Below are positions 21,443 through 35,116 of a DNA stretch of 64,000 bases, one piece after another (the first letter of the stretch is position 1; the number at the start of each line of letters is the position of its first letter). The notes beneath the pieces were generated by a model, which made no database searches, had not been told where the DNA came from, and was given only the letters and a program-made list of their open reading frames with translations. The DNA is from an uncultured Nitrospiraceae bacterium. Its GTDB lineage: Bacteria; Nitrospirota; Nitrospiria; Nitrospirales; Nitrospiraceae. A program made the position numbers and the translations under genes. The DNA lies in assembly GCA_963706325.1 (NCBI GenBank), contig CAVPLT010000001.1:448001-512000 (forward strand), read 5' to 3'.

Positions 21443-22596
21443 CAGCGTCTCTCCTCGTCGGCCTGGCGCGCATCGATCAGCCGCCGTTCGCGTTCGATCT
21501 CGCGCGTGAGCTCCCGTTCAGTCGGCAAGACTTTGACATACTTGGCGGCGAAGATCTGGCTCCCCTCGTTCAGCACCGAGTACTTCGCGATGGCCTCGTT
21601 CTTCTTCGAGCACAGGATCAAGCCAATGGTCGGGTTGTCACCCTTGGGCCGCGCATGGGCGTCGAACATGCGCACGTAGGAATCCATTTGGCCGATGTCC
21701 TGGTGGGTGAGCTTGCCGACCTTGAGGTCGATCAGCACGAAGCATCGGAGCAGGTAGTTGTAGAACACCAGATCGACGTAAAAGTCCTCGTCCTCAAATC
21801 GCATCCGTCTCTGCCTCGCCACGAACGAGAAGCCCTTGCCCAACTCCAGCAGGAAGGCTTGCAGATTGTCGATAATGGCCTGTTCCACCGTCGATTCGCG
21901 CAGCGCCGGATAGTCCTTCAGGTCAAGGAACTCGAGCACGTACGGGTCGCGGATGAACTGTTCCGGCGTAACGGCAGCGAGCTTCTCCCGGGCTTCCTTG
22001 CGGACCGGCACTTTCCTGCGACTGGCCAGCAGCCGCTCGTAATAGAGCACCGCGATCTGGCGCTCGAGCTGGCGGGTGGACCAGTGTTGGTCTGCGGCTT
22101 TGTTCATGTACCACTCCCGGGCCGCCGGGTTCTCCACCTGCATCAGCAGCCGATAGTGGCTCCAGCTCAATTCATCACAGGCCCTGTGGCGAATGGGCTC
22201 GACGCCGGAAGCGAGACGCGCCGCGTCTCGTTTCCTCTGGCCTGATTCGAGACCCACTGCGTCTCGAATCTCGAACATCCGGTAGAACTGCCGCATCTTG
22301 CGCAGGTTGGTAATATCGAACCCGCGGCCGAACTCCGCCATGAGCCGCCGCGAGAGGTTGTCCAGCACTGCCTCACCGTACGCGGCGCGTTTCGCCCCGC
22401 CTTGCTCGTCCTCCACGATGAGGCGTCCGATGTGCCAATAGGCCTGCACCATCGCCGCATTGACGGCGCGGTAGACCCCGGCGCGAGCCGATTCGAGGAC
22501 AGCCCGGATCTCCCGATACAGCGGGTCGGCGGAGCGAGAGACGGCAGGACGGGGAGAACGGGAGACGGGGTGACGGGGAGACTTGAAGCGAGCCAT
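21442..22596 (-). CDS. YhcG / DUF1016 PD-(D/E)XK nuclease-domain protein
   Basis: [70 protein letters not shown] overlaps upstream TAA. Confidence 0.92.
   Translation of the reverse strand: MARFKSPRHPVSRSPRPAVSRSADPLYREIRAVLESARAGVYRAVNAAMVQAYWHIGRLIVEDEQGGAKRAAYGEAVLDNLSRRLMAEFGRGFDITNLRKMRQFYRMFEIRDAVGLESGQRKRDAARLASGVEPIRHRACDELSWSHYRLLMQVENPAAREWYMNKAADQHWSTRQLERQIAVLYYERLLASRRKVPVRKEAREKLAAVTPEQFIRDPYVLEFLDLKDYPALRESTVEQAIIDNLQAFLLELGKGFSFVARQRRMRFEDEDFYVDLVFYNYLLRCFVLIDLKVGKLTHQDIGQMDSYVRMFDAHARPKGDNPTIGLILCSKKNEAIAKYSVLNEGSQIFAAKYVKVLPTERELTREIERERRLIDARQADEERR
22540..22582 (+). repeat. Octamer tandem array, consensus GACGGGGN, 5 units
   Basis: gacggcag gacgggga gaacggga gacggggt gacgggga gac. 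Confidence 0.85.
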
Positions 22597-23025
22597 TAAT
22601 CCTTGCTTCCCTTTGTTTCCACTGTCCAGCGATCGGCTTGATTGATCACGGTCACCAGTTGGGAAAGGATGTGTTCGTACTGGGTATCCAGCTCCTTTGC
22701 CCGATCCGATTCCATGTAACCACAGCGCAGCGCGAACTCGATCCAAGTCTGAGTTTCACACGCTTCGCTTTCGGCATCACTCAGCTTCGCGATGAAGGCA
22801 GCCTCGTAACGACGCTTTCTCCACGCCTCGGCGATGTTGGCCGCGACGGAACGCGAGACCGTCGGATCTGGTCGGTCATGCTATACCGCTCTTCCATTGG
22901 AAAGCGCTTGGTCACTTCAAAGACTGCCATCCCGGCATCCATCGCGTTCTGCCAAACCCGCAAATCGTGATAGCCCTTGATCTGCCCTCTCTCCCCGTCG
23001 CCCCGTCCCCCTGTCGCCCCGTCTT

Positions 23026-23029
<4 letters not shown>
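22596..23029 (-). CDS. Four-helix-bundle protein (23S rRNA IVS protein / bAvd-like family), one frameshift near 22856
   Basis: [12 protein letters not shown]...[16 protein letters not shown](S)[41 protein letters not shown]. Confidence 0.9.
22992..23023 (-). repeat. Octamer tandem array, 4 units, inverted relative to 22540-22582
   Basis: tccccgtc gccccgtc cccctgtc gccccgtc on + strand. Confidence 0.85.
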
Positions 23030-26453
<3,424 letters not shown>

Positions 26454-26490
26454 CGGCTTTCCCATTGTTGGCCGCGTCGTGCCGGCTGGT

Positions 26491-27738
26491 TCATATCGTC
26501 TCCCACAGGGCGCGGATGGGGACGGCATACAGTCCATCGCCAAATCCCGCGCTCGTCTCTCCGTCGTACAGCACAATGCCTGCGGCGAATCGCTTGCCTG
26601 CGGCATCCTTCAGCTTGCGCATGCCGCGAAAGTCCGCCGCGGTCACCGTGGCCGATGCTTTCACCTCCACTCCGGCCACTTGGCCGGCGCCGCGTTCCAG
26701 AACGAGGTCTACTTCGGCGCCGTCCTTGTCGCGATAGTGGTAGAACCGGATCTCCTCCTTGTGCCAGCTTGCCTGTCGGCGAAGCTCCTGGAACACGAAG
26801 GTCTCCAGCAGCTGGCCAAGCGTGCCACGGTCCTGTATGAGTGCGGAAGCGTCGAGACCCAGCAACGCACAGGCGAGTCCGGTGTCGCCCACATGCAGCT
26901 TCGGCGTTTTGATCAGGCGACTCAAACGGTTGCTGTGCCATGGCCGGAGCTCTTCCAGAAGAAATACCCTCTCGAGGAGTGTCACGTAATCGCGGATGGT
27001 CGGGCGGCTCAGGTGGAAGGGGCTCGCCAGATCGCTGATGTTGATCAGCCGGGCTGTCTGGCCGGCAGCAAGCGCCAACAATCGAGGGAGTGCGTCAAGT
27101 GAGGCGATGCGCGCCAGGTCACGGACATCTCGCTGGACGAGCGTCTCGATGTAGTCGCGATACCAGGCGGCCCGGCGGTGAGGAATGGATCTGGCGAGCG
27201 CCGCCGGATAGCCGCCGGCGGCGATGCGTTCGGCCAATGTCTTGCCCAGACGTTCAGCCTTGCCGGCCTTGAAGGCCCCGGCGAACAGTGTATCGAGAAA
27301 GCGCGGGAGGCGCTCGGTCAACTCACACTGCGCCAGCGGGTGCAGCCGCAGGAGGCCCATGCGCCCGGCCAGCGAGTCGGCAAGGGCCGGCAACAGCAGC
27401 ACATTGGCCGAGCCTGTGAGCAAGAAGCGGCCGGCGACACGCCGCCGGTCCACCGCCGACTTGAGCGTACTGAAAATGCCAGGGGCCCGCTGTACCTCAT
27501 CGAGAATCACCCGTTCCGGGAGATCGGCGACAAACCCTACCGGGTCGGCCATCGCCGCCGCGAGTGTCACGGCGTCATCGAAGCTGAAGTAAGCACGATC
27601 CCGCTCACGGCCGGCGGCCTGCGCCAGCGTGGTCTTGCCGCACTGGCGCGGGCCGTGGATCAAGACTACGGGCGTATCGGCCAACGCCTCGACCAGGCTA
27701 GGCTCGGCAAAACGGGGGTAGATGCGGTCAGCGGGCAT
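26491..27738 (-). CDS. AAA_14 ATPase with DUF4143 C-terminal domain
   Basis: GPRQCGKTT, ILDEVQ, LTGS, DSLAGR, GGYP, KTPKLHVGDTGL, EVDLVLE...GVEVK. Confidence 0.92.
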   Translation of the reverse strand: MPADRIYPRFAEPSLVEALADTPVVLIHGPRQCGKTTLAQAAGRERDRAYFSFDDAVTLAAAMADPVGFVADLPERVILDEVQRAPGIFSTLKSAVDRRRVAGRFLLTGSANVLLLPALADSLAGRMGLLRLHPLAQCELTERLPRFLDTLFAGAFKAGKAERLGKTLAERIAAGGYPAALARSIPHRRAAWYRDYIETLVQRDVRDLARIASLDALPRLLALAAGQTARLINISDLASPFHLSRPTIRDYVTLLERVFLLEELRPWHSNRLSRLIKTPKLHVGDTGLACALLGLDASALIQDRGTLGQLLETFVFQELRRQASWHKEEIRFYHYRDKDGAEVDLVLERGAGQVAGVEVKASATVTAADFRGMRKLKDAAGKRFAAGIVLYDGETSAGFGDGLYAVPIRALWETI

Positions 27739-27741
27739 ACC

Positions 27742-27825
27742 AGCCAGTTGTAATCTTGCATGGCGGCTGATTGCAATAATATAGCTCGTCCGATTGCAAG
27801 GTTATATCACGGCCCATTGCAACCT
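27742..27825. repeat. 23-bp-period degenerate direct repeat with TTG(C/T)AA core, 4 copies
   Basis: TTGTAA at 27748; TTGCAA at 27771, 27794 and 27817. Confidence 0.75.
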
Positions 27826-27834
27826 GGTGGGTCA

Positions 27835-30729
27835 TTACGTCACGGCCCAGCGAATGGTAAAGAGCGCCTGAGTTGCAGTGTGCTGGGCAAGCCGCCGTTC
27901 CAACGATTCGATCAGGGAGTCGCGTTTCTCCATGATCTCGTCCTCGGCCTTGAAAATGTCCTGCCGCTGGCGGCGCTGCTGCTTTTCGAGTTTTTGTGAT
28001 TGCTTCTGAATCTCGTGCTGTTCTTCGAGCGTGACCGCCTGGCGCGCTTGCCGCCGTAACGCCTTGATCTGCTCTTTGGTATCCGCGAGGGCTTTCTCGG
28101 CCGACAGCACCATGTCATCGGCCCACTTCTCCAGTTTCTCGCGCGCCTGGTTGAAGTGGACGCTGTTCTGTTCGAGCGAGCGGCTCACGGTGGCCTTGGC
28201 GTGCCGCTCCGCCTCGGCGTTCAGGCGTTGCTGCTCGGCGGCTGGGATCGCCGCATCGCCATTCACGCGGCCTGAACAGCCGAAGAGCTTCTCCATCGTC
28301 TCCTGGTCGAGCGAGGCGCCGGACTCGTCGAACCCGGAGAAGAGCAGGTATTCCTCGCGCTCGTAGGACTCAACCAGGAGGTGTGTGAGCGTGAGGAAAC
28401 CGCGCTTACCGCGGAGTGCTTCGACCGCATGGATGTGGGTTGGATGACGCGATACGTCGAGGACGATCTGCGCCGCGGGAGTCGCGAGAGCCTTTGCGCT
28501 CTCCACGACATGCTCGCCCAGCGGGTGCGAGAGGCGGTAGAGGAACTGGCTGCGCTCCTCGCCGCCAACCTCATCACCGCCTGAAGTCGACTTAGGGTGC
28601 AACTTCGAGATCAAGTGGTAACGGCCGGTCGCGATCTCTGTGCGAGGCGGACGTTCGAGGTCGAAGGCCAGCGCGTCGTCGTCGAAGCGGGCGCGATCGT
28701 CCAGCATGAAGCGGGTCAGCAACCAGAAGCGCCGGCCGAAGCGATCGAGCTGAGCCTTCGCGTCGTCGAGCCGCAGTCGCAGGCGTTGATGCACGTCCTC
28801 GTCGAAGTGCTCGAACAGCGACCGACGAGTGTCATCCATGCGCGTGCGGATCTGCTCGTCCATTTCCGCCTGCAGGGTGCGGAAGGCGGCGTCGATTTCC
28901 TCAGGCGTGCGGCACTCCTGGTAGATGGCGAGGATGCGTTGCTCGAAGTCCACGCCGGACTCGATGGTCCCAAGCACCTCATCGGAGGCGCCGAAGACGC
29001 CGTTGAAGAGGCTGAACTTCTCGCTCAGCAGCTCGAGCACACGGCGGTCGGCCTTGTTGCGTTCGTTCAGGAAATTGATCACCACCACGTCGTGCCGTTG
29101 CCCATAGCGGTGGCAGCGGCCGATGCGTTGTTCGATGCGCTGCGGGTTCCAGGGTAGGTCATAATTGATGACCAGCGAGCAGAACTGCAAGTTGATACCC
29201 TCTGCTGCTGCCTCCGTGGCCAGCATGATCGAGGCCGTATCGCGGAAGTGTTCAATGAGCGCGGTGCGTAGATCCACTGCCCGCGAGCCGGATGCGCGCC
29301 CCGTATCCTTGTGCTTCTCGGCCCATCGCTCGTAGATCGTCGTCGCCTCCGGCCCACCATTCGTTCCGTTGAAGAGCACCACCTGCCCCTGATAGCCGTG
29401 GGATTCGAGAAACCCCTTCAGGTACTCCTGAGTGCGTCGTGATTCTGTGAAGATGAGCGCCTTGCTCGCCGCGCCGGTCGCAGCGATCTGTTTGAAGCCG
29501 ATGTCTAGGGCGATGAGCAGGCTTTTTGTCTTTGTGTCGGTACCGATACTTCGCGCCCAGGCGGCGAGCCGTTGCAGCATGTCGATCTCTTCACGCAGCT
29601 TCTGCCGATCGATGGTGCGCGGCGCGCTTACGGCCTGGGTTTCGTCAGGCTCCGCGAGGATCTCGTCGAGCAGGTCGTCCTCGATTTCCTCGGCTTCGAT
29701 GAGCCCCTCGGTGAACTCCGGGTCGTCCTGTACCTTCTCGTCACGCAACGTTTCGAGGCGTGTGCGCAGCTTGTCCAGCGTGGCCGCGATGGCCTGCGAC
29801 GACGACGCCAATAGTTTGCGCAGGATGAGCGCGGTCAGATGACGCTGGCGCTGGGGGAGCGCATAACTGTCTTCGCGTTGCAGGAACCCGGACACCGCCT
29901 CGTAGAGCGCGTGCTCATCGTCGCTTGGCGTGAACGGCTGCGTGATCGGCCGCCGCTCGGTGTAGCGGATATACTCAGTGACCTGATTGCGCAGCGTGCG
30001 TTTGCAGAAGTCTGAGAGACGCTGACGCAGCTCGCCGATGCTGGTGCCGGCGCTGGCGTATTGGCTGCGGAAGGAGTTGAGATCCCCGAACAGGTGCTCG
30101 TCGATCAGGGTCGAGAGGCCGTACAGTTCGAGCAGTGAGTTCTGCAGCGGCGTGGCTGTGAGCAAGAGCTTGCGGCAGTCTTCCGTCCCCCATCGGATGC
30201 CTTGACCGACCTTGTTACTCGGCCGGTACGCGTTGCGCAGCTTGTGGGCCTCATCGATCACGACGAGATTCCAAGCGATGTTTTTCAGTTCCTCGCGCAT
30301 CGCGTTCGCATAGTTCAAGGACATGATGATCACGGCCTTCTCGTTCAAAGGCGCGCGCCCACTCCGCTGCGCCTCGCGGTAGGCCTTGGCGTCGAGCACC
30401 CGTGTGGGCAGGTTGAACTTCTCCTGCAGCTCCATCGCCCACTGCTTGCGCAGCGATGCCGGGCAGATCACCAGCAACCGGCGCTTGCGTTCCGCCCAGA
30501 ACTGGCAGAGCACGATGCCCGCTTCGATTGTCTTACCAAGGCCGACTTCGTCGGCCAGTATTACGCCATTGGAGAGCGGTGACTGCAGAGCGAAAAGCGC
30601 AGCTTCAATCTGGTGCGGGTTGAGATCGACCGCCGCGTCGAATAAGGACATCGACAGCCGATCCATGCCGCTCACAGCCCGGCGGGTCAAATCATGAGCA
30701 AAGTATTTGGCATGGTAAGGGGTGAGCAT
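27835..30729 (-). CDS. SNF2-family helicase
   Basis: LADEVGLGKTIE, VIDEAH, LTATPLQN, AEGINLQ, YDLPWNPQRIEQRIGRCHRYGQ. Confidence 0.93.
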   Translation of the reverse strand: MLTPYHAKYFAHDLTRRAVSGMDRLSMSLFDAAVDLNPHQIEAALFALQSPLSNGVILADEVGLGKTIEAGIVLCQFWAERKRRLLVICPASLRKQWAMELQEKFNLPTRVLDAKAYREAQRSGRAPLNEKAVIIMSLNYANAMREELKNIAWNLVVIDEAHKLRNAYRPSNKVGQGIRWGTEDCRKLLLTATPLQNSLLELYGLSTLIDEHLFGDLNSFRSQYASAGTSIGELRQRLSDFCKRTLRNQVTEYIRYTERRPITQPFTPSDDEHALYEAVSGFLQREDSYALPQRQRHLTALILRKLLASSSQAIAATLDKLRTRLETLRDEKVQDDPEFTEGLIEAEEIEDDLLDEILAEPDETQAVSAPRTIDRQKLREEIDMLQRLAAWARSIGTDTKTKSLLIALDIGFKQIAATGAASKALIFTESRRTQEYLKGFLESHGYQGQVVLFNGTNGGPEATTIYERWAEKHKDTGRASGSRAVDLRTALIEHFRDTASIMLATEAAAEGINLQFCSLVINYDLPWNPQRIEQRIGRCHRYGQRHDVVVINFLNERNKADRRVLELLSEKFSLFNGVFGASDEVLGTIESGVDFEQRILAIYQECRTPEEIDAAFRTLQAEMDEQIRTRMDDTRRSLFEHFDEDVHQRLRLRLDDAKAQLDRFGRRFWLLTRFMLDDRARFDDDALAFDLERPPRTEIATGRYHLISKLHPKSTSGGDEVGGEERSQFLYRLSHPLGEHVVESAKALATPAAQIVLDVSRHPTHIHAVEALRGKRGFLTLTHLLVESYEREEYLLFSGFDESGASLDQETMEKLFGCSGRVNGDAAIPAAEQQRLNAEAERHAKATVSRSLEQNSVHFNQAREKLEKWADDMVLSAEKALADTKEQIKALRRQARQAVTLEEQHEIQKQSQKLEKQQRRQRQDIFKAEDEIMEKRDSLIESLERRLAQHTATQALFTIRWAVT

Positions 30730-30920
30730 TTGACGCCGCAGAATACCCGTTTGCCCTTTGGAAATCACCCCAAGAAGAAGGAGGGGAAGTCTGAAAACCA
30801 GACTGCTCTAGTTGATTAGCAATGAGCTCAATCGAAATCAGCTCTGAATTACTTACTTTGAAGGGTGATCACGGCAGGTGGCGTGGGCGAGCGAGAGTCC
30901 AACGATTTTCAGCAATTTGA

Positions 30921-32078
30921 CTAGACGAGTTGCTCGATGCGGTGACTGGCCTGCTCAAGATCCTCGTGGGTCTTTGCAAAACAGAACCGCATGAAGCGAT
31001 TCCCCTCTGGACCCGCAAAGAAGGCTTCGCCCGGTACGCCCGCGACACCGGTTTTGTCCAGGAGATACATCGCACGGTCACGACCCGTGTGGCCCGGCAG
31101 CCGGGACACATCTGCCAACACATAGTAGGCGCCTTGCGGAATGGACGGAGGCAGTCCTGCCTTGGACAACGCCCGACAGAACCGATCTCGTTTCTGTTGA
31201 TACTCTGTCGCAAGTCCGGCATAAAATGACTTCGGCAGCGCTTGAATCCCCGCAGCGACACCATGCTGGAGCGGAGTAGGAGCGCACACATACAGCACAT
31301 CGCTCATGGCGCCAATGGCCTTGGCCCAGGTGGCCTCTGCCACACTATATCCAATGCGCCATCCCGTAATGCTGAAGGTTTTGGAGTAACCTCCGATGGT
31401 AATGGTCCGCTGAGCCATGTTCGGAAGCGAGGCCATGCTGATATGCTCGCGCCCATCAAACACAAAATATTCGTAGATCTCATCGGTGAGCACCATCAGG
31501 TCGCGGCGACAGACGATTTCCGCAATCTGCTCCATTTCGCTTCGTGAAAAGATCTTCCCCGAGGGATTGCCGGGCGTATTCACAACAATTGCTTTCGTCC
31601 GCGCTGTAATCGCCTGCTCCAATTCCTGCGCATTCCAACTCCATTCAGGTGCTCGCATCGACACGTAGCGCGGGATCGCCTCAACCGCGAGAATGGCTTG
31701 GATGTGATAGGCGTAGAACGGCTCAAAAAGAATGATTTCGTCCCCGGGATTGAGCAGGGCCATGCAGGTGGCCTGGAAGGAGCCCGTCGCTCCGGCGCTC
31801 ACGGTCACATTCGTTTCCGGGTCCGCCGTGATTCGATTGTAGGCCGCCAACTTGAGAGCGATCGCTTGCCGCAATTCCGGGATGCCGTCATATCGGGAGT
31901 AAATATTACGCCCCTGTTCCATGGCGTCTTTGGCAGCCTGCACCACGACCTCCGGAACGGGAGTATCACAGACGCCCTGCGACATATTGATTCCATTGAC
32001 CTTCGCGCAGGCAAGGGTCATGGCGCGGATGTCGGATTGCGCGAGACGCCCGGTGCGATCGCTTGTGTTCATTCCCAT
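30921..32078 (-). CDS. PLP-dependent aminotransferase class I/II
   Basis: NTPGNPSG, DEIY, SKTFSITGWRIG, RFCFAK. Confidence 0.92.
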   Translation of the reverse strand: MGMNTSDRTGRLAQSDIRAMTLACAKVNGINMSQGVCDTPVPEVVVQAAKDAMEQGRNIYSRYDGIPELRQAIALKLAAYNRITADPETNVTVSAGATGSFQATCMALLNPGDEIILFEPFYAYHIQAILAVEAIPRYVSMRAPEWSWNAQELEQAITARTKAIVVNTPGNPSGKIFSRSEMEQIAEIVCRRDLMVLTDEIYEYFVFDGREHISMASLPNMAQRTITIGGYSKTFSITGWRIGYSVAEATWAKAIGAMSDVLYVCAPTPLQHGVAAGIQALPKSFYAGLATEYQQKRDRFCRALSKAGLPPSIPQGAYYVLADVSRLPGHTGRDRAMYLLDKTGVAGVPGEAFFAGPEGNRFMRFCFAKTHEDLEQASHRIEQLV

Positions 32079-32167
32079 TCCTCGCTGTCTTGAATCAGCT
32101 GTCGCTGTGCCATCACTCGTTCAGTCACGTATCTCGAATGACCAGGACAGGAGCCTTGCCGATACCG

Positions 32168-32495
32168 TTATTTGCGGGCTCGAACGATCACGGCATCGAT
32201 CGCCTTCAATCGAATTACGGCGTCGTGGAACTCCATTCCGGTCAGCTCGGCCAGGTGGACTCCGTTGATACCAACCTTGAGAACCTTTCCGTCGAGCTCT
32301 TGCCCCGAACGAAGTTTCACCTTCGCCCTCTTCCCGACCTGCTGATCGAGCGTCTGCTTAAATGGTGTCGGCTGCATTCACATCAGGCTGCAATTCCTCT
32401 GCCGACAGCGGCAACGTCGGAATTGCCAACAACAGACAGCCCAACATGGAGACATGAATGCTCCATCGAGACAAATTACCTATCGCCTGCTTCAT
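32168..32495 (-). CDS. Small exported protein, possibly Sm/LSm-like fold; frameshift near 32360
   Basis: GGAGG RBS, MKQAIGN...MLGCLLLAIPTLPLSAEE signal peptide; one indel joins it to KQTLDQQVGKRAKVKLRSGQELDGKV. Confidence 0.6.
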
Positions 32496-32705
32496 CGCGT
32501 GCCCCTCCAGTAATGTGACCAGGCGAAACGATACCACTCCACCTGTCCCTCACAAATAACAGGCTTGCCTGGAGCCCGTCATTCCTCCCCTGCTCAACAT
32601 GTCCAAGCCGACGTGCCATTCCCGTACCCCGTTCTCACGAAAAATGCAATCGTCGATACACTCGTGGAAAGAAAATCAGGCAGCACGTGCGCTCACAGGA
32701 TGGCG

Positions 32706-33323
32706 TCAGTCTAAAAATTGACGAGGGATCGACATCGACTGGGTCGGACCGGAGCTCCTGCCGACCCACACAGTAGACAGAGTTGCATTGCTCACGAAAT
32801 GGTTGTAGTGACGCAGCACACGTTCCACATACAGCTGTGTTCCAGGAAGTGACTCCGTACTGGTTGCCTGACTGACGCGTCGTTCGCCTGCATGGTAGGC
32901 GGCCAGCGCCAGCGAAAGATCTCCTTCGAATCGGTCCAAGAGCCGACGCAGCAACGCCGCGCCGGCGCGAATGTTGTCGTCCGGATCGAAGGGGTCCAGG
33001 ACATGCAGCGCCGCCGCTGTCAGGGGCATAAGTTGCATCAATCCTAGCGCCCCTTTTGGTGACACCGCCTGGGGGTTATAATTTGATTCGACCTTAATCA
33101 CAGCCTGCAAAAGAGCAGGCTCGAGTTCATATTGCTTGGCGTAAGTGGCAATGAGGGACGGGATCGATTCCATTGGGCGAGGACTACCCACATCGATCAT
33201 GCCGGGATCAAGTGGCAACTGGTTCAATGAGGGCATCACTACCGTCAGGCAGATCGCGACGACCAGCGGACAGAGCGCGCGAGCCAGCTGAAGCAAGCGA
33301 GAGTACCAGTCTGCATGTTGCAT
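32706..33323 (-). CDS. Lytic transglycosylase, SLT domain
   Basis: AVIKVESNYNPQAVSPKGALGLMQLMP, ALAAYHAG. Confidence 0.9.
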   Translation of the reverse strand: MQHADWYSRLLQLARALCPLVVAICLTVVMPSLNQLPLDPGMIDVGSPRPMESIPSLIATYAKQYELEPALLQAVIKVESNYNPQAVSPKGALGLMQLMPLTAAALHVLDPFDPDDNIRAGAALLRRLLDRFEGDLSLALAAYHAGERRVSQATSTESLPGTQLYVERVLRHYNHFVSNATLSTVWVGRSSGPTQSMSIPRQFLD

Positions 33324-33610
33324 AATGAAGAGTCGGTTCGACCGTGAGCGTCCTGTGACCAAGCATCTTGAGAAGGATCTCGTCACTATTCCATGCTGAG
33401 GACGGATGTACAAGAAAATGAAAAAAATCGACTTCCCCGTGGCCTCTTGAAGGCGCTACACCCTGGCAAGTTGTATGAGTAGGCCCCAGCATCAAGTGCG
33501 CGACACACACATCCCCTGCCGACCCCTCTACAGGCTATTTCCGTGGAAAACAGACTAGCCGTCGGTAGGCTCGATAACTGACTAGGCCAGAGCGTTCGTC
33601 CGTCCAATGC

Positions 33611-34027
33611 TCACAACAACAAACGCATGTGCTCTGTGAGCCAACAACGATCCATGACCACTTCCAATCCGGCTTGCCGAGCCCGCATCGCCGCCGGCTC
33701 GTCGATCACACCCTCTTGGAGCCACACCGCTTTGGCCTTCACGCGTATGGCCTCATCGACGATTGCACCTGCCTCCTCAGACCGCCGAAAGATGTTCACC
33801 AGATCGATTCGGCCTGGCACGGCTGAGAGAGAGGGATAGGCTACTTCGCCTAATACGCGAGTCTCATGAGGGTTCACAGGGATAATCACCTTTCCCTGCT
33901 GCTGCATATAGGCTGCCACCTGATACGACGGCCGAGCCGGATTCGAGGAGAGCCCTACTACGACGATGATCCGACAATCTCTGAGCAGGGCTTCCACGCA
34001 ATCTGACGATCGCGCGCCATCCATCAT
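33611..34027 (-). CDS. CoA-binding protein (YccU-like)
   Basis: VVGLSSNPARPS, IDLVNIFRRSE, VWLQEG, VVMDRC. Confidence 0.9.
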   Translation of the reverse strand: MMDGARSSDCVEALLRDCRIIVVVGLSSNPARPSYQVAAYMQQQGKVIIPVNPHETRVLGEVAYPSLSAVPGRIDLVNIFRRSEEAGAIVDEAIRVKAKAVWLQEGVIDEPAAMRARQAGLEVVMDRCWLTEHMRLLL

Positions 34028-34647
34028 GATGCTCCCCACAGTTCCTGTAACCGTTGAGCTCGCCCGCAACTGAACTTGTAGAATTTATACCGGATCGGAT
34101 TCTTCTTATAAAAATCCTGATGATACTCTTCAGCCGGATAGAACTGCGAAGCCATCACAACGTCCGTCACAATCGGCTGCGCAAACCGTTTGGAACGCTC
34201 AAGCGCCTGCTTCGATGCGGCCGCCAAGCGTTTTTCTTCCTCGGTCTGAGAGAAAATCACTGCACGATATTGGCTGCCATGGTCGCAGAACTGCGCATTG
34301 GGCGTCATGGGATCGACGTTGTGCCAGAACACATCGAGTAAGGCGGCATAGTTCACCTTGGTGGAGTCGTATGCCACCTCAACCGCCTCGGCATGACCTG
34401 TCGCACCACCGGACACCTGTTCGTAACTTGGATTCTCGACATTGCCGCCCATGTACCCGCTGGCCACGGACGTGACACCAGGCACCTTCTCAAACGCTTC
34501 TTCCATGCACCAGAAACAACCGCCGGCAAAATATGCTTTGGCGAAACCTGGAGAATCCGCGGCTCGACCCACGGAAGCGAACATCGCAGCCAACAGCATC
34601 GACAACCAGAAACCGCGGCAGATGATGGTTCGTGCCTGCCTGTTCAT
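34024..34647 (-). CDS. msrA: Peptide methionine sulfoxide reductase A, exported
   Basis: FAGGCFWCME, TGHAEAV, AEEYHQDFY; signal peptide. Confidence 0.95.
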   Translation of the reverse strand: MNRQARTIICRGFWLSMLLAAMFASVGRAADSPGFAKAYFAGGCFWCMEEAFEKVPGVTSVASGYMGGNVENPSYEQVSGGATGHAEAVEVAYDSTKVNYAALLDVFWHNVDPMTPNAQFCDHGSQYRAVIFSQTEEEKRLAAASKQALERSKRFAQPIVTDVVMASQFYPAEEYHQDFYKKNPIRYKFYKFSCGRAQRLQELWGAS

Positions 34648-34911
34648 TGGAATAGCCCTCCTACAGCCAAGTCGACTCTCACTCATCATCATACCGGAAA
34701 AGCCGTTGCTTCCACCGTTGGGTTAGTCAGTCCCTCACACGGTATTACGAGCGTCTCAACCTATTGGATGTGCGTGTAATCGCCGGGGGCTGGTTTCGTT
34801 CGGGACTCATGGCTGCGTTGGCCCTTTTGGATGCGCGGCTTGGCTTATGACAGGCGAACCTTATAGTCGGCGTCAGGCATTGAGATTTCAGGCGATAACG
34901 AACGGCCAGAC

Positions 34912-35111
34912 AGCTGTTCAAAACGCCGTCCGGCGAGTCCGCAACGATGCGAGGAGGCGGAACGTACCCTTCTTACCCGCCCAGCCCGAGCCTGCCGAGA
35001 CAGGTTCTGAGGGTCAAGATGCGACGGATAAGTAGTGTCAGGGGTGTGAACGTCGCCGAGATGGTGCGGGCGCAGTGTCTCGCGAGAACAAAGCCGCGGA
35101 CTTTTTCAACA
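34912..35111. mobile_element. Degenerate MITE-like intergenic repeat
   Basis: Imperfect terminal inverted repeats CTGTTCAAAA ... TTTTTCAACAT around about 200 non-coding bp. Confidence 0.5.
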
Positions 35112-35116
35112 TCGAG

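Noticed and set aside
27742..27825. CRISPR array
   Set aside because: The 23-bp period with a 6-bp core is too short for repeat plus spacer, and there are no cas genes.
27835..30729. DISARM or BREX system
   Set aside because: No DrmA/B/C, PglZ or BrxC-like genes; the neighbours are Type III mod and res.
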